Part shown: positions 29,048-37,216 of the stretch, in pieces
Position numbering within the stretch: the stretch's first letter is position 1
How the letters are laid out: every line of letters starts with the position of its first letter
Assembly (NCBI GenBank): GCA_963764625.1
Contig: CAVXTH010000006.1
Span: forward strand, 576,001-640,000
Reading direction: 5' to 3'
Length of the DNA stretch: 64,000 nucleotides
DNA from: Candidatus Krumholzibacteriota bacterium
Lineage (GTDB): Bacteria > Krumholzibacteriota > Krumholzibacteriia > JAJRXK01
Notes under the pieces: generated by a model
The model's input: only the letters and a program-made list of their open reading frames with translations
Database searches by the model: none
What the model was told of the DNA's origin: nothing
Position numbers and translations under genes: made by a program

Positions 29048-29758
29048 ACCGTATATTAACTCCTGCTTTGAATGCCTTCTTACACCCACGAGCCGATCTA
29101 CGCGTCCCTCCGCTGCGCGCCGCCTACGCTCTGCTTCGCAGGAGCGTCCGGATCCGTTTGGAAGGCCGTCTCGAGGCCTTGGAAGCAGCACGCCAGGGAT
29201 CACCGCGGATCTTTGCCTGCCGGCACGGTCAGCTCTTGCCGTTACTCTTCGCGGTCGAGCCCTACGGTCTCAGCATCGTGATCAGCAAGAGCCGCGATGG
29301 AGAGCTTCTGGCCGCACTGCTTGGCCCCTATGGTTTCGGATTCGTGCGGGGAAGCAGCTCCCTCGGGGGCCGAGTGGCCGCCCTGCAGGCCATGCGCGTG
29401 CTGGCGGGCGGCGCCAGTTTGGGAATCGCGGTGGATGGACCTCACGGACCTCGCGGTATGGTTCAGGAGGGGATCCTCCGTCTGGCCCGGCGCGCGGAGG
29501 TTCCCATCGTGCCCCTGGTGGCCAAAGGAAGCGCCAGAATCGTGCTGCGGCGGAGCTGGGATCACTTCGAACTTCCCCTGCCCGCCACCAGCGTGAAGGT
29601 CGAGGTCAAGAGTCCGGTCCTGGTGGGAATGGGGAGCCGAGGGTCTGAACGTGGCCGGCCGCAACTTGGCGGCACGTCTCGAGGGGAACTGGAAGGAGAC
29701 GGTCGCGCTGAACCCACCACCCCCGGCGCGTTCCTCCTATGGACATTCTGGATCGTAG
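29044..29758 (+). CDS. DUF374 / lysophospholipid acyltransferase-family protein (probable +1 frameshift near 29631)
   Basis: ISKSRDGE, VRGSS, IAVDGPHGP, SWDHFELPLP. Removing one G in ATGGGGA gives a plausible C-terminus ending at TAG 29756-29758 instead of a 180-nt overlap with lpxK. Confidence 0.75.
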
Positions 29759-30755
29759 AAGCTGGCCGGAGCGCTTGCTCAGCGCCCTGGACGAGAGCGA
29801 CAATCCCTGGTCGCTTTTTTTCGAGCCGCCTTCGTGGGCATACCGTTGTGCCGCCTCGTGCGAGCGCAGGCTGCGGCCGCGCCGAAGCCTCCCCGAGCAT
29901 GTTTTCAGTGTCGGCATAGGCAACCTGCGGGTGGGAGGAACCGGAAAGACCCCACTGGTCGGCTGGTTGGGTGGTGAGCTCAGCCAGAGAGGATTTCGCT
30001 GCGCGATCGTCAGCCGGGGATATCGCGCGCACGGGGGGGGCGACGAGCCGGAGTGGCTGAAGCAGCGGACCGGGGCCGCTGTCATCCTCGATTCGAATCG
30101 TCGCCGGGCCTTCGGGCGCGCGCTCCGTGAAGGAGCGCAAATCGTGATTCTCGATGATTCCCTCCAGGCCCGCGACCGGGCGTCGCTACAGATCGGCGTT
30201 CTACTGGCCCGGGACCTGATGAGCCCACCGCGCGTACTTCCCGCGGGTCCCGCCCGGGAATCGATGAATGCCCTCTCGCGTTGCCAGCTTCTTTTGGTGC
30301 GCCTTGAAACGGGCGACCCTTTGAAGGAGCGGCTGGCCGAAGTAGCGCAAGCATACTGTGAGCAGGTGTATTTCTTTCGTCTTGTGCCACGGCAGCTCGT
30401 GCGGGCAAAGGGGGAAACGGCGGAACTTGCCGAACTGACAAGGCTGGGAACTTGCCTCCTGGTGAGTGGCCTGGCGCGACCGGAATCCTTTGAAGCGGAT
30501 GCGCGCGAGACGGGAGCGCAGGTGGTAGCAAGTCTACGCTACTCCGACCATGCATCGTTCGACCCGAAACGGGCGCGGGAGATCGAGGGGATCGCTCACG
30601 AGCGAGAGGCGCGCGCGCTCCTCTGCCCCGAGAAGAACCTCACCCGGCTCGCGGCACTTGGGCTCTCCCTGCCGTTGTGGGCGCTTCGTTCTCAGATCGA
30701 ATGGGAAGGGGAGGATCCCCTGCCGTGGGTTCTGCAGGCCGCGGGCGCCAAATAA
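29739..30755 (+). CDS. lpxK: Tetraacyldisaccharide 4'-kinase
   Basis: VGIGNLRVGGTGKTP, VSRGY, GDEP, ILDDSLQ, LPAGPARE, SGLARPESF, YSDH. Confidence 0.88.
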   Translation: MDILDRRSWPERLLSALDESDNPWSLFFEPPSWAYRCAASCERRLRPRRSLPEHVFSVGIGNLRVGGTGKTPLVGWLGGELSQRGFRCAIVSRGYRAHGGGDEPEWLKQRTGAAVILDSNRRRAFGRALREGAQIVILDDSLQARDRASLQIGVLLARDLMSPPRVLPAGPARESMNALSRCQLLLVRLETGDPLKERLAEVAQAYCEQVYFFRLVPRQLVRAKGETAELAELTRLGTCLLVSGLARPESFEADARETGAQVVASLRYSDHASFDPKRAREIEGIAHEREARALLCPEKNLTRLAALGLSLPLWALRSQIEWEGEDPLPWVLQAAGAK

Positions 30756-30787
30756 AAGCGCGGCGAGTCCCAGAGGACCCGCCGCGC
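30750..30787 (-). terminator. Intrinsic terminator for the minus-strand lipoprotein gene; copy of the 22-bp palindromic repeat
   Basis: Minus strand GCGCGGCGGGTCC-TCTG-GGACTCGCCGCGC followed by TTTTATTT, between convergent genes. Confidence 0.75.
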
Positions 30788-30813
30788 GAGGGGCTTCCGA
30801 ATGTGCGCTTATG

Positions 30814-31398
30814 TCAATTGATGACGACGCCGATGAATTGCACCGGAATGGACGCGCCGAAGGAGTAGATGGTCGAGGTCGAACCCGACTCGTGTCCGGT
30901 AAAGGTCACCTTCGCCTGCGCAAAGAAGGGCGGATCGCCAGTGGCCAGTCCTTGCAGGAAGGGCTGCAATTTCATGTCAAAGGTCACCAGAGGGATGGCG
31001 AATTCGGCATCGGTGCCGCGCTTCACGAGCTGGCTGAAATCGAAGGCACGATCGTAGGCCGGCAGTTGGTCCGCGGCCGTTCCCAGGACCAGCGGTTGCC
31101 ACTGGACCGTCACGCGATCGATGACGAAGGCGCCGAAGGGATCCGTTTCGGTCGCGGTGGTGAATTCGTTGTAGGCCCGGTTGCGAACGATGACCTTCAC
31201 GCTTCCCTCGGGAATGAAGTCGTCGGCGGTGCCGACGGTCTCGTCGCTGCCCGGATCGAGCTGCGCATCCACCACGGGAGCGCCGTCGTTGACGGAGACG
31301 ACCTCCATCACGCTGCGGCCGATGCCGTTATCGGAACAGCCCGCGAAAAGAAACAGACTCAGGCCCACGACTAGAAGTAGATGAACTTTGGTACGCAC
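30814..31398 (-). CDS. Hypothetical lipoprotein (beta-rich)
   Basis: GGAGG RBS then GTG; MRTKVHLLLVVGLSLFLFAGC lipobox; GC3-rich codon usage; own terminator. Confidence 0.8.
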   Translation of the reverse strand: MRTKVHLLLVVGLSLFLFAGCSDNGIGRSVMEVVSVNDGAPVVDAQLDPGSDETVGTADDFIPEGSVKVIVRNRAYNEFTTATETDPFGAFVIDRVTVQWQPLVLGTAADQLPAYDRAFDFSQLVKRGTDAEFAIPLVTFDMKLQPFLQGLATGDPPFFAQAKVTFTGHESGSTSTIYSFGASIPVQFIGVVIN

Positions 31399-31490
31399 GG
31401 AAGTCCTCCCCTGCACGGCACCTGTGGCCGTGAAGTTGGAAAAAGCCAATCGAGACCCAAAAGCGCCGTCCCGGGTCACGTCTCCTGGGC

Positions 31491-31506
31491 AGCAAGGCGT
31501 ATGCCA
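31491..31506 (-). promoter_or_regulatory. Sigma54 (-24/-12) promoter
   Basis: Minus strand TGGCAT-ACGCC-TTGCT matches TGGCAC-N5-TTGCW with exact GG-N10-GC spacing, about 90 bp upstream of the lipoprotein start. Confidence 0.75.
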
Positions 31507-31713
31507 CCGGAACTGGGGATCTAATCGGATTGATTCCAAGGGGATACAGCGCTGTACGAGCTCGCGGCGCGGCGCCACTGCGGCAGCTTGCGCAGATCTC
31601 GCCTCCAAGGGGCTGCAAGCTGCAATTCGGGACTCGGGGTCCTCGATGCTTCCCCTTTCGCCATCGAGCGCCCTTTGGCCTACTCTATGGGCGCTAATAG
31701 CGAAAGGATCCCG

Positions 31714-33348
31714 ATGCGATCGCTCAGCTCCTCGGTGGATGTCCTGGTCATCGGAAGCGGACTGGCTGGCCTGCGGGCGGCCCTGAGCCTGGCCAAGACC
31801 GCCAAAGTGCGCCTGGTGACTAAGGCACGCGACCACCACAGCAACACCAATCGGGCCCAGGGCGGCATCGCGGCGGTGTTGGGCTCCGATGACGATTTCG
31901 CCCTCCATGTCGCAGATACGCTCACGGCCGGTGCTGGCCTCTGCCACGAAGATCGGGTCCGGGCGATGGTCGAGAACGCTCCCCGTCTCATCGATGGCTT
32001 ACTCGCGGTCGGAATGGACTTCGATCGCAAGGCGGATGGAAGCTACGAGATGGGTCGCGAGGGGGGGCACAGCCGCCGGCGCGTGGTCCACTCCGGGGAC
32101 TTCACCGGCCGGGCGGTGGAGCAGTCCATGCTGGCCGCAGTGCGCGCCCATCCTTCAGTCCAGGTGCTGGAAGATCATTTCGCGATCGATCTTCTCAAAG
32201 ATGAGAAGGGCCGCGTGGTGGGCGCGTTGGTCTGGGATGAACGCGGCGGCGAGGCCCTGGCCAATCTCGCGCAGTACACCGTCCTGGCCACCGGCGGGTC
32301 GGGAAAGGTCTACCGCTACACCACCAATCCCGACATCGCGACCGGGGACGGCGTGGCCATGGCCTGGCGGGCGGGTGCCACGGTGGGGAATCTCGAATTC
32401 GAACAGTTTCATCCTACTTGTCTCTACCACCCATCGGCCAAGAGTTTCCTCATCAGCGAAGCGGTACGGGGAGAGGGGGCGGTCCTGCGCACCCTCGATG
32501 GCGAGGCCTTCATGCCTCGCTATCATGAACTTGCGGATCTGGCGCCGCGGGACATTGTGGCTCGTGCAATCGATACCGAGATGAAAGCGCGCGGCGACAA
32601 ACACGTCTTGCTCGATGCCACGGTCATCCCCGCCGAATTGGCCTCTCGGCGGTTCCCCAACATTCGCGCCCGGTGCCTGGAGTTCGGAATCGATCTCACG
32701 CGCGACATGATTCCGGTGGTGCCAGCGGCGCACTACGCCTGCGGAGGAGTGGTGACGGACCAACGCGGCGCAAGTGACCTCGAGGGTCTCTTCGTGGTGG
32801 GGGAGTCAGCCCTCACCGGCATCCATGGAGCCAACCGCCTGGCTTCCAACAGTCTGCTCGAGGCTCTCTACTACGGCGAGAAGGCGGCGGAGGAGATTAC
32901 CCTGCGACTGGCGAACGAATCTCGTCCCATCAAGTCGGCCATCATTCCCGATTTGGGCAGTGAGGCGCAGGAGCCCACGCCCTTGCGACACGACTGGGAG
33001 ACCGCTCGTAAGACGATGTGGAACTACGTGGGAATCCAGCGCGATCTGGATCGGCTCGGGGTGGCGCAGCGGCGCATGGACGACATGGCGGCCGAGGCGG
33101 AGCGCTCGTACGGGACGCAACGGCCGAGCGTCGACCTGTTGGAACTGAGAAACGTCACGCTTCTAGGAAGCCTCGTGGTGCGCTGCGCCACCTTTCGCAA
33201 GGAGAGCCGTGGGCTCCACGCTCTGGCGCAGTATCCGGACGTGAACGATGAAGAATTCTTGGGCGACACCTGCATTCGCCTGAACGAAGAAGCCCACCTT
33301 CGACCCTTGAAGGCGGAGAAAGCCAATGCGACTCGCGACCGCGTTTGA
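31714..33348 (+). CDS. nadB: L-aspartate oxidase
   Basis: VIGSGLAGL, AQGGIAAV, REGGHSRRRVVH, QFHPT, FLISEAVRGEG, PAAHYACGG, HGANRLASNSLLE, ESRGLH. Confidence 0.94.
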   Translation: MRSLSSSVDVLVIGSGLAGLRAALSLAKTAKVRLVTKARDHHSNTNRAQGGIAAVLGSDDDFALHVADTLTAGAGLCHEDRVRAMVENAPRLIDGLLAVGMDFDRKADGSYEMGREGGHSRRRVVHSGDFTGRAVEQSMLAAVRAHPSVQVLEDHFAIDLLKDEKGRVVGALVWDERGGEALANLAQYTVLATGGSGKVYRYTTNPDIATGDGVAMAWRAGATVGNLEFEQFHPTCLYHPSAKSFLISEAVRGEGAVLRTLDGEAFMPRYHELADLAPRDIVARAIDTEMKARGDKHVLLDATVIPAELASRRFPNIRARCLEFGIDLTRDMIPVVPAAHYACGGVVTDQRGASDLEGLFVVGESALTGIHGANRLASNSLLEALYYGEKAAEEITLRLANESRPIKSAIIPDLGSEAQEPTPLRHDWETARKTMWNYVGIQRDLDRLGVAQRRMDDMAAEAERSYGTQRPSVDLLELRNVTLLGSLVVRCATFRKESRGLHALAQYPDVNDEEFLGDTCIRLNEEAHLRPLKAEKANATRDRV

Positions 33349-34144
33349 CGGCACCTTCTATCCCGCCGAGCCTGACGCTCTGGCGGAGGTGGTCGATCAT
33401 TTCCTCGACCGCGCTCCGGCAGCTCCCGAGGGAAAGATCCTGGGAGCGGTCGTCCCGCACGCGGGCTACATCTATTCGGGAATGACCGCGGGAATGGCCT
33501 TCGGCGCCTTCCGCGGGCTAAAGCCCGAAGCAGTGATCCTTCTGGGCCCCAGTCATCGCGTCCGCCTGCGGGGGATTCGGGTGCTTCATGCAGACGGTTT
33601 CGAAAGCCCCCTGGGCACGCTCCCCGTCGATGCAGAACTCAGGGCCGAACTGCTCATCCTGTTGGGGCCCGGCGCGGAAGGTCCCGCGTTTTGTGAGCAC
33701 TCGGTCGAGGTGCAGCTTCCCTTTCTTGCCCGCGCATTGCCCCAGGTCCCGGTGATCGAAATCGTCTTCGGCCCCTGGGAGGAACGAGATATCCAGCGCG
33801 TGGCGAAAGCCCTTCTGGCGCTGCAGCGAAGACACGAGATCTTGGTCGTGGCCAGCAGCGATCTCTCGCACTATTACGATCACCATCGGGCGAAGGTTCT
33901 GGACCAGCGATTCCGCGAACTGCTGCTCCACGAAGACAGCGTTCGCCTGGGGGAGGCTCTGAGAAGGGGAGAGACGGAGGCCTGTGGCGCGGGACCAGTT
34001 CTCACCCTCATGAATCTCACCGAGGCGCTGGGGGGCCGTTTCGAGGCAATTCACCAGTGCGACAGCAGCCAGGCGAGCGGTGACGAGAGCCAGGTCGTCG
34101 GATATATTTCCGCTTTGGCCCTACTTCCCGGGGAGACCGGATGA
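33326..34144 (+). CDS. MEMO1 family protein (AmmeMemoRadiSam system protein B)
   Basis: GTFYP, VVPHAGYIYSG, LGPSH, EHSVEVQLPF, ASSDLSHY, ACGAGP, VVGY. Confidence 0.9.
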   Translation: MRLATAFDGTFYPAEPDALAEVVDHFLDRAPAAPEGKILGAVVPHAGYIYSGMTAGMAFGAFRGLKPEAVILLGPSHRVRLRGIRVLHADGFESPLGTLPVDAELRAELLILLGPGAEGPAFCEHSVEVQLPFLARALPQVPVIEIVFGPWEERDIQRVAKALLALQRRHEILVVASSDLSHYYDHHRAKVLDQRFRELLLHEDSVRLGEALRRGETEACGAGPVLTLMNLTEALGGRFEAIHQCDSSQASGDESQVVGYISALALLPGETG

Positions 34145-34881
34145 AGCCATGGTACGAAACGGCGTTTGGCGACTTCTACCTCGAACTCTACTCCCACCGA
34201 GATCTAGCGGAGGCCGAAAAGGTCCTCGGCCTGGCGTTCGCGCACGATGAGCTGCGAGACAAAACGGTGATCGACGTCGCATGCGGAGCCGGCCGCTACC
34301 TCGAAGAACTGCAGAAGCGAGGGGCGTGGGCGATGGGAGTGGATCTCTCATCTACCTTGCTGCGCGCGGCCAAGGAACACGACTCTCGCCTGCGCCTGGC
34401 GCGTGCCGACATGCGGGTCCTTCCCCTTCTTGATCACGCAATGGACTGGGCGCTGTCTCTGTTTACTTCTTTCGGCTACTTCGAGAGCGTGGAGGAGCAT
34501 CGAGAGCTGGCGGCCGAACTCACTCGCGTGGTCAAGAGAGGAGTGATCGTGGATATTCCCAATCCACGCTTTCTCGAAAGTGCGCTGGCGCCGGAGAGTT
34601 CACGGGTGGTGGCGAATCACCGCATCGAGGAGCGGCGTCGTCTTCTGAATGATCCGCGTCGCGTAGTGAAGCGAGTGCGGATTCATGACCTCAAAGGCGT
34701 ACTCGTCCAAGAATACGAGGAGCGCGTCATGCTCTTCTCGCAGGCGACTTTCGTGGAGTTGTTCGAGGCAGCCGGTCTGTCGGTGACGGGAATGTACGGC
34801 GACTATGAAGGTTCTCCGTTTCGCGAGGAGGAAAGCCCTCGGCAACTGGGACGCTTCGAACGGGTAGGGAGCCGCGTATGA
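34141..34881 (+). CDS. Class I SAM-dependent methyltransferase (candidate bacillithiol N-methyltransferase)
   Basis: WYETAFGDFYLELYSHRD, IDVACGAGR, GVDLS, ADMR, LFTSFGYF; ATGA-coupled to bshC. Confidence 0.88.
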   Translation: MKPWYETAFGDFYLELYSHRDLAEAEKVLGLAFAHDELRDKTVIDVACGAGRYLEELQKRGAWAMGVDLSSTLLRAAKEHDSRLRLARADMRVLPLLDHAMDWALSLFTSFGYFESVEEHRELAAELTRVVKRGVIVDIPNPRFLESALAPESSRVVANHRIEERRRLLNDPRRVVKRVRIHDLKGVLVQEYEERVMLFSQATFVELFEAAGLSVTGMYGDYEGSPFREEESPRQLGRFERVGSRV

Positions 34882-36476
34882 GCGGGGGACTATTCACCGA
34901 TTCCAACCCCCTGGTTGCGTTCGAGGCTTCGCCTGGAATGTCCGAGTACGCGAAGCGTTGGCTGGAGGCAGACGAGTCGCTGCCCGCGCCGGCCAGTCTG
35001 CGTCTCTACGCGGAGGCTCCACGATCTCGATCGGGCTCCGCCTTCCAGGACGCCGCGTTCTCGGCCGAGCTGCGCAACCGTCATCACGCTCTGAAGGCCA
35101 GCGAGGCCTCGCTGGCGAACGTGGGGGCGCTGGCGAAGGGGGCTCCCTGCGTCATCACCGGGCAGCAGCCCAGCTTGCTGGGCGGACCGCTGTACTGTGC
35201 GTGGAAACTCGCGGGAGCGGTCGGGCTGGCGGCTTCGCTCTCGCGCGAGCTCGGCCGCGAAGTCGTCCCCGTGTATTGGTGCGGCGCGGATGACTCGGAT
35301 TTCGAGGAGGCTCGCCGGGCCTGGCTCTGGAATTCCGAGTCCGGAGCGGTGCGGGCGGAACTCGCCAAGGCGCTGGCGCGCCCCGGGGAGATGGTGGGTT
35401 CTATTTCGGGAGCCGAAATCGAAACGGTGGAGCGCAACGCACTCCGAGCGATGGGCGCGAATTCCCACGGCGAACTCGTGAAGTGGTTCGAGACGATGGA
35501 ACCGTCTTGGGATCTGGGCGAGCGCAGTCAGGCGCTCTATCTGAAGCTCTTCGCGCAAGCCGGTTTGGTGGTGGTCGACGCGCGTTCGGGGCGCTTGCGC
35601 GAGCTGGGACGCGAGCTCATGACCCGCTACGCGCAGGTACGCGCCGAAGTGGCTTCGGCGGTGGAGAAGCGAGGAGAAGCGTTGCGGCGCGCGGGTCTGT
35701 CGGTGGCACTCCATCCGGCCGCCATCCACAGTGGACTCTTTCGAGTGCGCGAGGGACGCAGAGAAAAACTTGAACCACAGGAGATCCTGCCCGCGTGCGA
35801 GGCCAACGACGACCTCAGTCCGGCCGTTCTATTGCGTCCGGTGCTCCAGGACGCGTTGTTGGCTCCCATCGCCGCCGTCCTTGGTCCCTCCGAGCTGCAC
35901 TATCACGCGCAGCTCGCGCCGGTCTACGAGATTCTGGCGGTAGAAGCGGCGTCGCCGGCGCTGCGGCCGCAGTTGACTTTCCTGCCACCGGACCTTGCCT
36001 GGCCCGCTTCTATGGCCCGTCAGAGAGCGCTCCTGCAGGGCGGAGACACCGCGCGACAGGTCCTGGGCGTCCTGTCGATTCCCCACGACTGGGAAGAGGC
36101 GAGGCACAAGCTGAGCGACTCGATCGAGGCGGCGCTACGGGAGTTCGAAGCGACTCTCGGAGAGGTGGCGGAACAGTCGAAGATCTCCCGCACCCTGCAG
36201 AAGCTGCGGGAGGCCGGGGAGAGAATCGAGGAGACGCTCGCCGCGCAGTCGTTGAAGACCAGGAGCGAGAAAGATCGCTCCCTTTTGCTCGTGCCCGATC
36301 TCCTCGGCCTTCGCGGAGCCCCCCAGGAGAGGACCTACTCGGCGGTGGTGGCGTGGGAGTGGTTCGGCAGCTCCTTCGTGGACCACCTAAAAGAGCTGGC
36401 AGGCCGCTACGCACTCGACCTGAAAGAAGGCCGGGCACCAATCTACCGGGCGCGCATGCCCAGGGAGAAGACATGA
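34878..36476 (+). CDS. bshC: Bacillithiol biosynthesis cysteine-adding enzyme BshC
   Basis: ITGQQPSLLGGPLY..WK, VPVYW....DSDFEE, LLRPVLQD, GPSELHYHAQL, PQER. Confidence 0.85.
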   Translation: MSGGLFTDSNPLVAFEASPGMSEYAKRWLEADESLPAPASLRLYAEAPRSRSGSAFQDAAFSAELRNRHHALKASEASLANVGALAKGAPCVITGQQPSLLGGPLYCAWKLAGAVGLAASLSRELGREVVPVYWCGADDSDFEEARRAWLWNSESGAVRAELAKALARPGEMVGSISGAEIETVERNALRAMGANSHGELVKWFETMEPSWDLGERSQALYLKLFAQAGLVVVDARSGRLRELGRELMTRYAQVRAEVASAVEKRGEALRRAGLSVALHPAAIHSGLFRVREGRREKLEPQEILPACEANDDLSPAVLLRPVLQDALLAPIAAVLGPSELHYHAQLAPVYEILAVEAASPALRPQLTFLPPDLAWPASMARQRALLQGGDTARQVLGVLSIPHDWEEARHKLSDSIEAALREFEATLGEVAEQSKISRTLQKLREAGERIEETLAAQSLKTRSEKDRSLLLVPDLLGLRGAPQERTYSAVVAWEWFGSSFVDHLKELAGRYALDLKEGRAPIYRARMPREKT

Positions 36477-37216
36477 ACCGCAGACCCCGCGAAGCTCGCG
36501 TCGACGCTCTCTTCCTGTCTCCGCACCCGGACGACGTCGAGTTGTTTTGCGGCGGCACCGTGGCCAGGCTGGTGGAGCTGGGGCACGAGGTCGCTCTCAC
36601 CGACCTGACGCGCGGAGAGATGGCGAGCAATGGCACGGCAGAGGAGCGACGAGAAGCGAGTCTTCGCGCCGCGAGAGCCCTCGGAGTGGCGGGCGAGCGC
36701 CGCGTGCTCGACTTTCCCGACGGGGGGGTAAGCCCGGGCGATCCCCACCAGCTCGAGGTTATGGTCGAGCTGCTGCGCGAACTCCGTCCGCGCGTGCTCT
36801 TTCTACCCCATCGCGTCGATCGACACCCAGACCACGTGGCGGCCGGTCTCCTGGCCCGGCGTGCGAGCTTCTTTGCGGGAGTCCACCGTTTCGAAGCTGA
36901 GGGCGAACCCTACCGCCCCGAGCTCGTGGTCGCCTACCCGTGTCATACTCCGACCCGGGTTTCGTTCACGGTGGACGTGAGCGGTGTGATCGAGAAACGA
37001 CGGCAGGCCATCGCCTGTTACGAGAGTCAGTTCCAGGCCGGTCCGAAGTCCAAAGCGACTCTCATCAATCACCCGGGCTTTCTCGCCGCGCGTGAGGCGC
37101 GCCTGCGTGAGTGGGGATTCGCTTGCGGAGTCGAGTTCGCCGAGGGATTCGTTCTGGAAGAACCGCTTCTTCTCGCCGATCCCCTGGCAATTCTCGGCCG
37201 CGGGAGAGGGCAATGA
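36473..37216 (+). CDS. bshB1: Bacillithiol biosynthesis deacetylase BshB1
   Basis: PHPDDVELFCGGT, DLTRGEMASNG, DRHPDH, CYESQF, FAEGF (PIG-L family). Confidence 0.9.
   Translation: MNRRPREARVDALFLSPHPDDVELFCGGTVARLVELGHEVALTDLTRGEMASNGTAEERREASLRAARALGVAGERRVLDFPDGGVSPGDPHQLEVMVELLRELRPRVLFLPHRVDRHPDHVAAGLLARRASFFAGVHRFEAEGEPYRPELVVAYPCHTPTRVSFTVDVSGVIEKRRQAIACYESQFQAGPKSKATLINHPGFLAAREARLREWGFACGVEFAEGFVLEEPLLLADPLAILGRGRGQ

Noticed and set aside
31399-31947. N-terminal extension of the minus-strand 377-aa ORF
   Set aside because: It overlaps nadB and the promoter region; the RBS and signal peptide place the start at 31398.
35795-36472. N-terminal extension of the 473-aa ORF containing bshB1
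   Set aside because: It overlaps bshC out of frame; the real start is ATG 36473.
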